A stretch of 64,000 nt of DNA from Malacoraja senta (taxonomy: Eukaryota), in NCBI GenBank assembly GCA_038087875.1, contig JAXLNO010000065.1, positions 1 to 64,000 of the forward strand. Direction: 5' to 3'. The position numbers were made by a program, and so were the translations under genes. This document shows positions 1 to 12,974 of the stretch, in pieces (position 1 is the stretch's first letter; every line of letters starts with the position of its first letter). The notes beneath the pieces were generated by a model. The model worked only from the letters and a program-made list of their open reading frames with translations. It ran no database searches and was not told where the DNA came from.

Positions 1-54
1 TTTGTGCCTGGTGGAGAGGATATGGAGATTTAGGTGTGGAGACCTCTCCCTGCT

Positions 55-349
55 TAGGTACAGTGTGGAAACAGGCCCCTCGACCCACTGAGTCCATGCG
101 ACCAGCGATCCCCGTACACTAGCACTATCCTACACACTAGGGGCAATTTACAATTTTAACCAAAGCCAATTAACCTACAACCCTGCACGTCTTGGAGTGT
201 GGGAGAAAACCAGAGCACCCGGAGAAAACCCACACAGTCAAATGGAGAACTTAGAAACTTCGTACCTGGCAGCACCTGTAGTCAGGATTGAACCCGGGTC
301 TCTGACACTGCAAGGTGGCAACTCCACCACTGCGCCACCATGCCGCCCC
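55..349 (-). mobile_element. tRNA-derived V-SINE (HE1-like) copy
   Basis: Reverse complement shows an A box (tggtggcgcagtggt), a B box (ggttcaatcc), the V-domain (ttttctccgggtgctctggttttctcccacactccaag) and a CR1-type tail (gggcctgtttccacactgta). Confidence 0.85.
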
Positions 350-440
350 TGTAGGACTCATTTCAATAACCATGGTATTTATTCAACTGATCTGGTTCTG
401 GTCAATGGTGACACACAGGACATTTATGGTAGTGAACATT

Positions 441-686
441 GACCCAGCGGTATGAACATTGACTTTCTAATTTTAGATAGCCCTTGCTTTCTCCCTCCTT
501 CCCCTCCCCCTTCCCAGCTCTCCCACACAGCTTACTGTCTCCGCCTCTTCCTTTCTTTTTCCGGACCATCCCCCCCCCCTCAAGACATCAGTCTGAAGAA
601 GGGTCTCGACCCGAAACGTCGCCTATTCCTTCTCTCCATAAATGCTGCCTCACCCCCTATGTTTCTCCAGCATTTTTTGTCTACCA
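441..686 (+). mobile_element. Penelope-like element 3' end: end of GIY-YIG ORF, pyrimidine tract and pLTR with hammerhead motif
   Basis: cccagcggtatgaacattgacttt encodes PSGMNIDF, the same as the C-terminus of the GIY-YIG ORF at 8927-9180. It is followed by a C/T tract and ctgaagaagggtctcgacccgaaacgtc at 593-620. Confidence 0.8.
593..620 (+). ncRNA. Minimal hammerhead ribozyme motif (Penelope pLTR type); representative copy
   Basis: CUGAAGA-A-GGGUC/GACCC helix II-GAAA-CGUC, with a palindromic ACGU in place of helix III. Helix I pairing is weak. Confidence 0.6.
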
Positions 687-1598
687 TTGAAAATCAAAGA
701 TGGCTGGGTTAGACTATTTATGGCTTTGAAATCAGTGTTATGTGCATTCTTTGCGAGTGTTTGCAAAGATTAAATTCATGTATATTCAGGGGGTGTCCTG
801 GGAACATGTTCGTTTTTATCGGTGATTATGTGGAGCACTGAATAACTTCAAGAGCTTACCGGAAGGTGTCTAGTTATTGTTTGGGAATTTTCAGAAGTGT
901 GTCAATATTTGGAGAAATGTCCATGAATATATATGTCAGTGATAGAGAGGCACTCCCTGAGATTGTGTCCAGGGTAAATATTTGAAAGGGTAGTTACAAA
1001 TTCTAAGCAGGCACTGGGGTAGTCAGGCAACCTGTTTAAAAGCTTGGACAACCAAGCAATTTTTCAGACTGCTGACATTTCAGTTGACATTTTTCCTGAT
1101 ATAAATGTTCACAAACCAAAAACCTGCAGCTTTAACATTCACATCCTGATTCCATGCAACTTCTGTGGAGCTAGCTATGTGAGATGGTCACATTCACTTC
1201 CATGAAGGCAGAGAGAGGATCAGTGATACACAGCGGCACGTTGTGGAGAGGCTCACAGATCACTGGAGAGCATCATTAGTTCTGGGTTGCACAAGCAGAT
1301 AGCTAAGGTCTGGGAAGAGATACAGAAGTACTTGTCGAGGTTCATCCCAAACACCTGTACAACGTCAGATTCTTTGCTGCACAATGAGACAAATATCAAC
1401 CACTGCTGGGGAAACATCAGCTCAGTTGCAAATGATAGCAATGATAAGTGCAGCAAACTGGCCGGCTCTGGAGTTCAGGACAATGTGAAGAGAGGTGTAG
1501 TGAAACCGGGTAAAGTTGGGTTCAGTGTGATGGGTGCAGCCACTGCTAGATTTCTGTAAATCACCAGAGAGAAGCTGCCTGGCCCGCTGAGTTACTCC

Positions 1599-1730
1599 TG
1601 AAGAAGGGTTTCGACCCGAAACGTCTCCTATTTCCTTCGCTCCATAGATCCTGCCTCACCGGCTGAGTTTCTCCAGCATTTTTGTCTACCTTTGATTTTC
1701 CAGCATCTGCAGTTCCTTCTTAAACTAAAT
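1599..1730 (+). mobile_element. Short Penelope-derived hammerhead unit inserted into an older copy of the same family
   Basis: 13-bp TSD gctgagttactcc at 1586-1598 and 1731-1743. Core at 1598-1625 has a GGGT-TTCG-ACCC hairpin. Confidence 0.8.
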
Positions 1731-1789
1731 GCTGAGTTACTCCAGTATTTTGTGTCTATCCAGAGTTTCAACATTGCGTGCCTGCGATG

Positions 1790-1990
1790 TGTCTGCTTGG
1801 GCAAAGGTTAATCTGACCTTCCAGTTGCCTGTCATTTTAATTCCCTGTCCCACTCCTGCTCCAACCTCTCTGTGGTCAGCCTCCTACACTGTTCCAATCA
1901 AGGTAATTGAAGCTTGAGGAACAGCACATTGTCTTCCCACGTGGCACCTGAGAACACAAAACTCAATGCAACAGTTCCAGACAATCGGTT
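1790..1990 (+). pseudogene. Degraded Penelope GIY-YIG endonuclease fragment
   Basis: Translates DLPVACHFNSLSHSCSNLSV...KLEEQHIVF across a stop/frameshift, paralogous to 8927-9180. Confidence 0.7.
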
Positions 1991-2061
1991 ATTCCAGTGT
2001 CAGAAGTGGACAGTCAGATGAAAGGTCTTCAACCTGAAACATTATTTTGTCTTCACCGACA

Positions 2062-2348
2062 CTGAGGTAGAGTTGCTGCCTTACATTCCAGAAACCAGGG
2101 TTCGATCCTGACTATGGGTGCTGACTGTATGGAGTTTGTACGTTCTCCCCGTGACCTGCGTGGAGTGTATTTTCAATTTCCTTCCGCACTCCAAAGACGT
2201 ACAGGTTTGTAGGCTAATTGGCTTGGTAAAATTGTAAATTGCCCCTAGTGCATGTTGGATAGTGTTCGTGTGCAGGGATCGCTGGTCGGCGAGGACTCAG
2301 TGGACTGAAGGGTCTATTTCCTCGCTTTATCTCTAAACTAAACTAAAC
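2062..2348 (+). mobile_element. V-SINE copy
   Basis: gtagagttgctgccttac, B box ggttcgatcc, V-domain and (ctaaa)n tail. Confidence 0.85.
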
Positions 2349-3505
2349 ACTGCCTGACCTGCTGAGTTTCTGTTTTATTTCAGATTTCAGCCACTCTAAG
2401 CTATACCTTCCAGTTGGAGAGATTCTTTTCTTTTTTTCCTTTCTCCTTCTCTGTCCTCTTTTGTCAACCCCTCCCCCCATTTACTCCTGCTCCAGATTGA
2501 TCAGCTGTGTTTAACAAACCTCCAGCAGCCTCTCTCAGCAGGCACCACCCACTGCTTGTGTCATCCGGTCTCTATCAGTCCCCACCCAATCAAAGATATT
2601 CCCTTCCCTCTCTCCATCTTCTCGAAAACAATAAACCAATCCTTGATTTCTATTGTTCGGTCTGATAAAAGATTATCAGTCTGAAACGTTAAGTCTGTTT
2701 TGTTCTCCAAAGGTGCTGATTGACCTGCTGAGTATTTTCACCGTTTTCTGCTTTTATTTCAACTTATTCACTTCATCCACCACTTCACCTCATCAAGTAC
2801 AAAAATATCTGGGGGGAAAATTCACCCCCTTCTTCATTTTGCAATGTATTCCCTTTGAGTGTGTCAGAGTATAGTATTTGTTTGAGGTGTGTTTTTTTTC
2901 ACCTCATCTCCCTATATTTGTAATTACTTCCTCTGAAGCCCAAACATTTCTACAGAGTCAAGGAACTGCCTGGGATGTATGGTATTAGCAGAAAATTCCT
3001 CAGAGTGTGTGATAGTTTATGAGGGATATCCATGACTGTGTGTTTCCTGGGAGCTGGTATAGACTCAGTGGGCTGAATGGCCTTCTTTTATGTTTTAAGG
3101 AAATAGGGAAGTGTGTAGGTTGTGCCTGATACTCTGGCGGGGCACCACTTTTAACAACTGGAGCATGGACTGGACTTAGAAAATGGCGCCAAACATGGCT
3201 CCTCTTGCATGTGGGCCCAGTGGACTATTTGTGTACAACCGCACATCAGGGGTAGTACGGTGATACTCTACTGGACTCTTCGTAAGAAAAGAATTTCACT
3301 GTGTGTTTGCACTTCGCACATGTGACAATAAAGCATTATCGAACCATTAAAGTGTGTCATTAACTGCAATAGCTGTGGATCAATTATTGTAGGGAATTGG
3401 CCCAGAGTGAGAACTGTTCAAACTTTTCCTAAATTAACAATATAAGTTTAGGAGACTTCCCGCTGCAGTTAAATAAATGTGGGAAATTGTGGGAAATGTG
3501 GGAAG

Positions 3506-3792
3506 GGCATCATGGTGGCGCAACGGTAGAGTTGCTGCCTTACAGCGAATGCAGCGCCAGAGACCCAGGTTCGATCCCGACTACGGGTGCTGTCTGTACG
3601 GAATTTGTACGTTCTCCCCGTGACCTGCCTGAGTTTTCTCCAAGATCTTCTGTTTCCTCCCACACTCCAACGACGTACAGGTATGTAGGTTAATTGGCTT
3701 CGTAAATGTAAAAATTGTCCCGAGTGTGTGTAGGATAGTGTTAATATGCGGGGATCGCTGGTCGGTGCGGACTCGACTCAACCAAACTAAAA
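3506..3792 (+). mobile_element. V-SINE copy
   Basis: A box tggtggcgcaacggt, B box ggttcgatcc and V-domain. Confidence 0.85.
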
Positions 3793-4154
3793 ATTCCCAG
3801 AGCATATATTGGTATTGGGAGGAACTAACCAAGCTGTATGGTGAAGACACACAGTGCTGGAGTAACACAAGGGGTCAGGCAGCATCTCTAGAGAATATGG
3901 ATAGGTGACGTTTTGGATCGGGACATTTCTTCAGACTGATTGAATCTCCTCAAGGTATGTCTACTTTGAAGAAGTTCTTCTGCTCCACTGGCTGTATAGT
4001 GACATTTGAACCAAGTACTCAGTCTTTATCGGGGTCATAATTTGCAGAGTACTTCCGTAATATTTGAAGGTATTCATTGTTGCTCACAAGGGTTTCCCAT
4101 GGACTGTGGCATAATTTTCAATAAAATAACTGTAATTGTATCAGTATTAACAGG

Positions 4155-4680
4155 GATTTGCTGGACTCAGCCCGGCCCATCACGGGCACAACACTCCCCA
4201 CCATCAAAAGCATCTACATGATGTACTACCTCAAGAAGCCGGTATCTATCATCAAGGATCTTCACCATCCAGGCCATGCCCTCTTCTCACTGTTACCATC
4301 AGGCAGGAGTTACAGAAGCCTAAAATGTTCCACACCACCAGGTTCAGGAACTGCTACTTTCTTACAACTATCAGATTCTTAAATCGACATGCTCAACCCT
4401 ACTCGTACCTCCGTAACTGAACACTGTGGACCACCTCTTGCACTTCCATGAACTTGCTTTTGTTTCTATTTGTGTTTTGCACTCATGTCTTGTTCTTTTG
4501 CACAGTCTTTCTCTAACCGTTTTGCAGAATTTTGTATAATTTCTGTGTATGTTTATCTATAATTTATAATGTTGTGCATTTGTCTGAGTCCATGTGCGTG
4601 TGATGCTGCTACAAGCAAGGTTTTCATTGTACCTGTGCCTCACCGTACTTGTGCAAATGACAATAAACTCGACTTGACTT
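4155..4680 (+). mobile_element. Rex1/Babar-like LINE 3' fragment
   Basis: Encodes IIKDLHHPGHALFSLLPSGRSYRSLK and ends tgacaataaa plus (acttg)n. Confidence 0.75.
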
Positions 4681-4924
4681 CGCTGAGTTATGTATCTGTA
4701 CAGGGCCGGATTTACGTATAAGCTTGACAAGGTTAAGCTTAGGGCCTCGAGATCTAGGGGGGCCTCGCAGAGCCGGATTTACCACTAGGATTCATAGGCT
4801 GAAGCCTAGGGCCTCGAAATCTAGGCGGCCTCCGGCCAAGACAGGACACCTGCCGTTCAAATCTGGGCGGGCCCCCCTCTCTATCTCTATCTCTCTCTAT
4901 GGAGAAGGAGGACTGCTTACCTTT

Positions 4925-5860
4925 TGAAATAGGCTCGATTCTTTTAGCTCCGATTAATTTGAATTAAAAAACATATGGAGGAAATCCGATTATACATAGT
5001 GCTATACGTATGTGGAAACAATTAAAACCCACTCTAAAATTGGGTAATTTATCGCTTTTTCTCCCGATTGCAAATAACCCTTCTTTTAAACCGTCTGTTT
5101 TAGATAGAGGATTTGTCCAATGGAAAACCCATGGAATTAAAATGGTGGGAGACCTTTATCAAAAAGGCATTTTTCTCTCATTTCAGGAACTACAGCAGAA
5201 ATACGAGTTACACGCTAATAATTTTTTTAGATATTTGCAACTTAGAGACTATGTAAAACTACACACGCAAGACTGTAGATTTAGGGGTCCAGAAACCCTT
5301 GATGAATGTTTGAATAGACATCCAAATACAAATAAATTAATATCTTATATCTATAATATCCTCTGAGGTTCCGTCTTCAGAATCATACAGACGAGCATGG
5401 GAGGCCGAGTTGGCTCAACCCATAATAAAAGACACATGGGATGAAAGCTTACAATATATAAATCACTGTTCGTTAAATGCTAGACACTCCTTGATATAAT
5501 TTAAAATGCTATATAGATTACATTATTCGAAGACAAAATTAAATAGGATTTTTCCAAATATTTCCCCTCTCTGTGATAAATGTCAATTTCAAGAAGCCAA
5601 CTTAACGCATACCTTTGTAACTTGTATAAAAATGCAACATTTTTGGGCGGACATTTAAAAAATTATTTCTGAAGTTATCAATATCCAACTGGACCCAGAT
5701 CCAAAATAATATTAGGATTATCAGAACATAGCACAAACTTTACGATAAGTCAGAGACATTTTCTTGATTACAGTCTAATAACTGCGAAAAAATTAATACT
5801 AAAATTTTGGAAAAAACCAGAAGCCCCCACAATTAAAATGTGGATTACGGAAATGAATGA
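4925..5860 (+). pseudogene. L1-clade LINE ORF2 C-terminal fragment
   Basis: ORF 5010-5366 (NNPSFKP...SFQELQQKYEL...FFRYLQLRDY). Downstream frames give LCDKC...HTFVTC (zinc-knuckle-like) and AKKLILKFWK..PTIKMW. Confidence 0.8.
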
Positions 5861-6624
5861 AAAAAAAAGAATCACTCCCTGACCCTGGATCTGGGGTAAC
5901 TCCCTGGAGTAACTCTTGCTTCTGGTTTCCTGGTCCTCCATAAATATTCTAAATGGAATTTAAACTGGAGGTGGTGGAGGGCTGAACAATAACAGCCTAT
6001 TGCATTTTATTTGTTTATTTATTGTGTATATATATGGTCTATGGTATATAAACATACTGAACTTTTATCTCCTGTTCTGTATTATGTTTACATATTCTGT
6101 TGTGCTGCAGCAAGCAAGAATTGCATTGTCCTATCTAGGACACATGACAATTAAAGTCTCTTGACTCTTGACTTGGACTTAAGCAAAAAAGGGTTCTTGG
6201 TGAAAAAAGAGGTACCTTAAATTTAGTTGCGTCTGATTGGGTAACTATGGTAGGGTGAAGACTATTCCATGCTTTAATTGTGCGGGAGAACTCCATGGAG
6301 CAGCCAGCAACTCTGGATAGAAGAAATTGGGTGACGTTTCGGGTAGAGACCCTTCTTTAGACTCTCTCTGGTTTTAGTGTTTTTAGTTTAATTTAAAGAT
6401 ACAGCATGGAAACAGGCCCTTCGGCCCACGCTGACCACCGATCACTCATACACTAGTTCTATCCCACACATTAGCGGAGTAAGTCAAGAGTGTTTTATTC
6501 TCTCACGTCCCAGTTAGAACAATGAAATCCTTACTTGCAGCAGCGCAACAGAATATGTAAACATAGTACTCTGTAAACAATGTTATAAACGAGAAAACAA
6601 AATGGTGTATATTTATATATGAAT

Positions 6625-7190
6625 ATTTTATAACTATTAAAACTCTGTGTGTGTGTGTGTGTTTATTTGTGGGTGTCAGATTTGGCCTTTGATTCCTTGG
6701 TCTGCCAAAACCACACGCAAAAACTCCGAGATTTTTTCCATTTCGCTAGCGATTTCACTTTTACATTCACTCATCCACTCCTCATTAAATTTCGTTGTTT
6801 TTATGTACACATTTGAAAGAAAATCCCCACCCCAAAATTTCAAAACGTTAAAAAAATCAAACAGCTCTCACCCATAAAATGTTGGTGAACGTTCCATTGT
6901 GTGATGTCACAATGCCCAATGCTCACATATGTCCAATCGGAATGGATTCATTTACATATGACTTTGCTCCCGCCCCTGCCCCCCCCGCCTAATGTTGCAG
7001 CATGTTCCATTGTGTGATGTCACAATGCCATCCCTCACAGATGTTCAATCGGAATGGATCTCATTTACATATGCCTTTGCACCAGCCACAGCCCCCCCCC
7101 CCCCCCGCAGCCTGTGTCGAAGCGCGTGATCACGTGTGTGGGAATAGAGAAAGAGGATTGGGTGTGATAGGGAATGGGGAATAGATGGAC
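6625..7190 (+). mobile_element. Unclassified repeat, possibly Helitron-like, with (GT)n and an internal ~110-bp tandem duplication
   Basis: tataactattaaaactct followed by (gt)n. Units 6891-6990 and 7004-7110 each contain the hairpin cattgtg-N6-cacaatg. Confidence 0.35.
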
Positions 7191-7194
7191 TGCT

Positions 7195-8131
7195 CCTACC
7201 CCTCCCCCTCCCACTCTTCCTCCCCACTCTTTCCCCTCTCTCCCCCACCCATCTCCCCCTCCCTCCACACTCTTCCCCCTCCCTCCCCTTCCCTCTCCTC
7301 ACCCCTCTCCTCCCCCTCCTCCTCCCACCCCCTCTCTCACCCCCATCCCCCACCCTTCTCCCCCACCCCTCTCCCCCCATACCCCCACGCCTCTCTCCCC
7401 CACCCCCTTCCCTCTCCCCCCCCACCCCCATCCCCTACCCCTCTCCCTCTTCCACCACTCCCCACTACCTCTCTCCCCCTCCCCCTCTCCCCCTCCCTCC
7501 CCACTCTTCCACTTCTCTCCCCCCTTCCCCACCGCTCTCCCTCCCCAACCCTCTCCCTTCCCCACTCTTACCCTCCCCCCTCCCCACTCTTCCCCCTCTC
7601 TCCCCCTACCCCCCACTCCCTCCCCACTCTTCCCCCTCCCCCCTACCACTCTCCCCCTCCCTGCACACTCTTCCCCCTCTCTCCCCTACCCCTCTCCCTA
7701 CCCCTCTCCCCCTCCCTCCACACTCTTCCCCCTCCCTCCCTTTTCCCTCTCCTCATCCCTCTCCTCCCCCTCCTTCCACCCCTTCCCCCACCCCTCTCTC
7801 CCCCGTCCCCCACCCCTCTCTCACCCCCTCCGCGAACCCTCTCTCACCCCCTCCCCCACCCCCCTCTCCTCCTCCCCTTCCCCCCTCTCTCCCCCTCTCC
7901 ATCTCCCTCTGTCCTCACCCCTCTCCCTCCTCCCCTCCCACCCCCTCTCTCCTCCCTCCCCCACCCCGCTTCACCCCCATCTCCCCCCCACCCCCTTCCC
8001 CTCTCTCTTGCACCACTCCCCGCAACCCCTCTCCCCCTCACTCCCCACTCTTCCCCTCTCCCTCCCCCCTCTCCCTCCCCCCTCTCCCACCTCTCTCCCT
8101 CCCCCCACCCCACTCTCTCCCCCCTCCCTTC
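7195..8131. repeat. ~0.9-kb C-rich, pyrimidine-dominated low-complexity tract
   Basis: Recurrent ccctctccccc and cactcttcccc units; very few G on the + strand. Confidence 0.95.
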
Positions 8132-8739
8132 CGTGTGTGTGTGTGTGTGTGTGTGGGGGGGGGGGGGTTGTGTTATATATATACCCCCACACACACACAC
8201 AATTTCCCTCCTGGGATTAATAAAGTTCTATCGTATAGTATTGTGTGTGTAGGAAGGAACTGCAGATGCTGGTTTAAACTGAAGATAGACACATAAAAGC
8301 TGGAGTAACAATTCCGGGTCTCTGGCACTTTTAGGCAGCAATTTTATGGCCAATGTACTGCCCCATAGTCTTGAACTTAATTAAAATATACAGTAGCTGT
8401 AAAGGGGGACATAGCGTCACTTGGAGATTTAAAACTGAAAATGGATATTTTCATTTTTTTAGTAACCAAAGTTATCAACGTATAATTTTTTGTGTGTTGG
8501 AAAACAAAATATAGTGGCACAGCTGGTAGACTTGCTGCCTCACACGCCAGAGATCTATTTTCGATCCTGTCCTCAGGCACTGTCTGTGTTGAATTTACAC
8601 ATTCTCCCTGCAAGCGTATGGGTTTCCTCCCACATCCCAAAGACGCATTGGCTTTGTAGGTTAACTTGTCTCTGTAAAATTACCCCTAATGTGTAGGGGG
8701 TGAGTGAGGAAAGTGGGATAACAGAACTTGTGTGAATGG

Positions 8740-9180
8740 GTAGACAAAAATGCTGGAGAAACTCAGCGGGTTGTGGGGAAACTCTATGGAGCGAAGGAAA
8801 TAGGTGACGTTTTGGGTTGAGACCCTTCTTCAGACTGTTGTGAGGGTGGGGGGGACGGGAAGAAGAAAGTAAGAGGTGGAGACAGTGGGCTGAGGGAGAG
8901 CTGGGAAGGGGAGGAGAAAGCAGGGACTACCTGAAATTGAAGAAGTCAATGTTCATACCGCTGGGGTGAAAACTGCCCAAGCGAAATATGAGGTGCAGCT
9001 CCTCCAATTTACGGTGAGCCTCACTCTGGCCATGGAAGAGGCCCAGGACAGAAAGGTTGGATTCGGAATTGGAGGGGGAGTTGAAGTGCTGAGCCACCGG
9101 GAGATCAGGTTGGTTATTGCGGACCGAGCGGAGGTGTTGGGCGAAGCGATCGCCAAGCCTGCGCTTGGTCTCACCGAGGT
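8740..9180 (-). mobile_element. Penelope-like element 3' part: GIY-YIG endonuclease fragment plus pLTR
   Basis: ORF encodes GETKRRLGDRFAQHLRSVRNNQPDLPVAQHFNS...RKLEELHLIFRLGSFHPSGMNIDF. Hammerhead-like motif on the - strand at about 8806-8833. Confidence 0.85.
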
Positions 9181-11034
9181 TGATCATATGCTGAATAATC
9201 CAACCACATTTTTGTTTGGATGTGGAAAGAAATAATAGAAATTGCATTCATTGCAACGTGTAAAAAGAGTTGAGATACTGTATTATAATTTTGCTGCATG
9301 TCATTGTGGTATATATCATGTCTTGATTGGTGAATATGTTTAGTTTGTGACTTTATTTGAAGCAGAAATAATATGTGACTGCTTCATTGAGCATAATTCC
9401 GACTGGTAACTACGCACTTCGTCCGAGCACATTATCACACGCGTCATGCAAGCCGTCTTAAATGACCACCTAAACTGTCATTTGGGAACTTAAAAAGCTG
9501 CCAAGGTTGCCCGGCTGACAACAGAGAAAAAAATTAAGTGAGAGCCCTGCAAGGTGTATAATATTTTTGACACTGTCATAGGCCTTTCTTACATATGCTG
9601 TCACAACGTACTGTAGTCCCTAAACAACCCTTCAGTAATTTTCCTTGCCCTCCATTTCAGAATAATAGTGTTTTAAGCCAATAACTCGACACTAGCAGTG
9701 GCAATCAATTAATAAATAAAAAGCGCAGCTTTCCAGACCCTTATCTCATTGGCCACGCTCGGCTGCAAATCGGTGTCAATCTGGTGGACCATCTTTCTCT
9801 AGTCGTGGGGGTGGGGGATTGGGAGGGGCCTCACAAGTGGAACAGCTTAGGGCCTCTTTTCATCTAAATCCAGCCCTGTATCTGTAGTTGGGGCGGGTGA
9901 GAATATAAACATGGGGTTCATCAGCTATGTGTCAGTAATATTATGTTCTGATGAAAGCTCGTCAACCTGAAACATTTATCCTGGCTCTCCCTCCACAGAT
10001 GTACCCTGACCTACTGAGTGTTTCCAATATTTTCTGCCTTTATTTCAGGGTTTCAGCATCTGCAGTTTATTTTATTGCTTTTACCCTGCAAGAGGTTTGT
10101 TGACTGTTGATTTTCAGAGCAGATGTCCGGCTGGTACTGCAGCATATTCTCCGGAAAAATGCCACGTCATCAAATGAAGAATATTTCAGGGTTTTGCTAG
10201 CTAGGTGTCAGCATTCACTGGAGATTTACTGAAACGGGCCATTAGCTACAGGAATTCCTGACAGATATTTTGGCTTTGGATAAGGATATCTTCCAGTGCT
10301 TTGGGATTTCCATAGAATATGACAGCATTTACAGAAAGATGTCCAGCTTTTCCGGGTGTTTACTATCAAAACATGTCCCAGCATTTGCAGGGGCTTCTTA
10401 AAACTTGAAGTGCATCAGTGTTGTCATGATTTTCTTGGAGTTTTTCCACTGTTTACATGTACTTGTCATTAAGTACGTTGGTATGAGTAGCAAAAAAGGA
10501 GCAGCTGGAGGAACTCAGCGGGTTGGGCAATATATGTGGAGAGCAATCAGCATGCAACGTCTCGGGTTTTTTTCTCAATGGTTCAATGATACTTCATTTG
10601 CCACTTATACTGAGGTACAGCAACATTCATTTTGCATACAGTTCAGTACAAGTATCACTATACATAAGCACATAGATACAACCTTAATAAGCATCTCAGA
10701 TACAGTTTTGGTGCATAATAGATAGTAGTATATAACGAGTGTAAGTACACAGAAATGAGAGAATTCTCTGTGTTCAATGTTTCAAGAAAATCAATATCAA
10801 GACCAGATCTCCGGGGCAAAAAAAAGACTGTCTGAAGAAGGGTCCTGACCCAAAATGTCACCCATCTTGATTTCCAGAGATGCTGCCTGACCCACTGAGT
10901 TACTCCAGCACTTTGTGTCTACCTTTGGTATAAACTAGCATCAGCAGTTCTTTGTTTTTATGATCATTTCATCCACTTCCCTGCACACCTTTGGTGAGGG
11001 TTTGGTGCCCTTAAGAACACTAAATAATGAACAA

Positions 11035-11310
11035 TACTGTAGGAACATGCTCATCAGAACCGCGTATGTCGAACACGGTGCCAAGTTAAACTAATCTTCT
11101 CTGCCTGCACCTGATCAATAACCCCCCCCCCCTCATTCCCTGCATATCTGTGGGCCTATCCAAAAGCCTCTTAAATGCCACTATCCTATCTGTCCCCACA
11201 ATCACCCTGGGCAGTGCGATCCAGCCACTCACTATCTGTGTAACAATCTTACCCTACGCATCTCCTTTAAACATTGACCTCAATGCTATGCCCTTTAGTC
11301 TGGGAAATTT
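11035..11310 (-). mobile_element. CR1-clade LINE 3' fragment
   Basis: Degraded match to the CR1 3' ends seen elsewhere in the window (gccaagttaaactaatc, cctcttaaatgccactat). Confidence 0.6.
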
Positions 11311-12242
11311 CCAAAGGCTAGTGGTTTACCTACAAGCAACGGACACTCCACATTCCATACATCTACCCACAGCCTTCCTCCACTCTCATCCACCCATCAA
11401 GTTGGGCCTCTCCCTGTCTGTGTGCCTCATTACGGCGCCACTGCACGGAAGACCAACAAAGAGAACAGGGGCAGCCTTGGCTCGCGAGATGCTGGAGGCA
11501 ATTGGCATCCCTGGTGCCACGAGTGCATGTTAACAAAGTGTAATCAATCGTGCTCATCTAATTGCAAGAGCAAGTGAAGTGTCATGACCACGATGAGCTG
11601 CAGCATTGTGGTGAAGAAGTGAGGGGGAAGACAATGGGGACCCGGCGTGGGGAACCGCCGTGAAGATCAAGGGGGGACCCGGTCAAGGGGAGGGGGAGGG
11701 GGAGGGAGATGGGGGGGAACGGCACTCTAGTTTTAGAATCCTCTGCCCAGGGGATAAGCCTGCGTTCGTTTGTTTGTTTGTTCGTTCGTTCAGGTTAAGG
11801 CACCGTGCACACGGCAGCATGCCAACAGTCTCTTGTCCTTTTCTTTTCACTCTTAATTTAATTTTAATTTCAAGTTTTCCATGTACCTTGTTGCTTGTTA
11901 TGACAGTTGGCAGACCAATTTCCCGCCGGAAATGAATAAAGTTCTATTGTATCGTGTCGTGCCGGTGCTAATTCCGAGGTCCGCATGTGCCAGAGCTGTC
12001 ATGTGCGCTGTACGCCTTCGGGAGTCCCTGGGGTGGTGAGTTCTCAGTGTGGCCGTTCTGTTGTCAGGGTGCATCGGCTAAAGTGCAGCTACCCAGAAAC
12101 TCACGTTGATCAGTAGCAATCGCACATGAATCAAGAGTGCTTTATTATCTGTGTCCCAAACAGAACAATGAAATTTCTTACTTGCAGCAGGCACAACAGA
12201 ATATGTAACATAGTACTCTGTAAACCATATAATAAACACGTT

Positions 12243-12364
12243 AATATATATACACACACACAATATATATACACATACACACACACACACACATATATGT
12301 ACAGTATATATACATGTGTAAATACACATACATAAACACATATGTACATATGTATGTATGTATG
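12243..12364. repeat. Compound TA/CA/TATG microsatellite
   Basis: Seen directly. Confidence 0.9.
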
Positions 12365-12974
12365 CCAAGTGTGCCAGCAGGCAATAGGCAGTACTGTTCG
12401 GTGAACCTTTGTAACTTTGTCTCCACCAAAACGTGGCGACACTTGTGTACTGCCCAGGTGAGGTCTGCTATATGATTTTACTGAGTTGTATGCAAACATA
12501 GAATTTCACTATACCTTGATACATGTGACAATAAAGTATCACTGAATCATTGAATAAAGTATCATTGAAAAGACAAGAGCCTGTGTCTAACTGGGGCCAG
12601 GACATACACAGTGGTGAGAATGGCCTTGTCCTTACTGGATTCTAGCACCTGCAGATCAGGCCCCACTGACTGAGCATTAGCTGTGAGTGTGTGGTGACAC
12701 CTCAGGGAGCCAAGTACTTGCACTGCTGCTGAGAGTGTGATGTTGTTTTGCAGGTCAGTGCTGTAAAACATGTCAGTGTTGTGCGCGTGAGCACATATAT
12801 GCATGCACTCTCCAGGGACTGTGTTAGTATTTCCAGGGGACACCGCAGAGTGTGTTAGTGTTTACTGAATCCTGTGGGAATGTGTTGGTGATAACTGGGA
12901 ACTTAAGGGAGCATGGTAGTCTTTACTGGAAGTCCCTGGCAGTGTTTTGTTGGTGCTTGAGATGATCTAGGAAT

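Larger units (their letters stand above)
4701..9878. mobile_element. Non-autonomous hAT-superfamily DNA transposon with nested insertions
   Basis: TIRs cagggccggattta (4701-4714) and taaatccagccctg (9865-9878), one mismatch. Perfect 8-bp TSD tatctgta at 4693-4700 and 9879-9886. Subterminal agcttagggcctc near both ends. Confidence 0.85.

Noticed and set aside
7174..8252. 348-aa and 355-aa Pro/Ser/Leu-rich ORFs and Gly-rich antisense ORFs
   Set aside because: Artefact of the C-rich tract, which is depleted of stop codons in several frames; the ORFs run into a (GT)n microsatellite.
10118..10232. Possible coding exon after ttgattttcag (ADVRLVLQHILRK...)
   Set aside because: No recognisable protein, no strong donor, and it merges into the degenerate minisatellite background.
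12815..12965. CRISPR-like periodic array
   Set aside because: Units are contiguous degenerate tandem repeats without unique spacers, in eukaryotic context with no cas genes.
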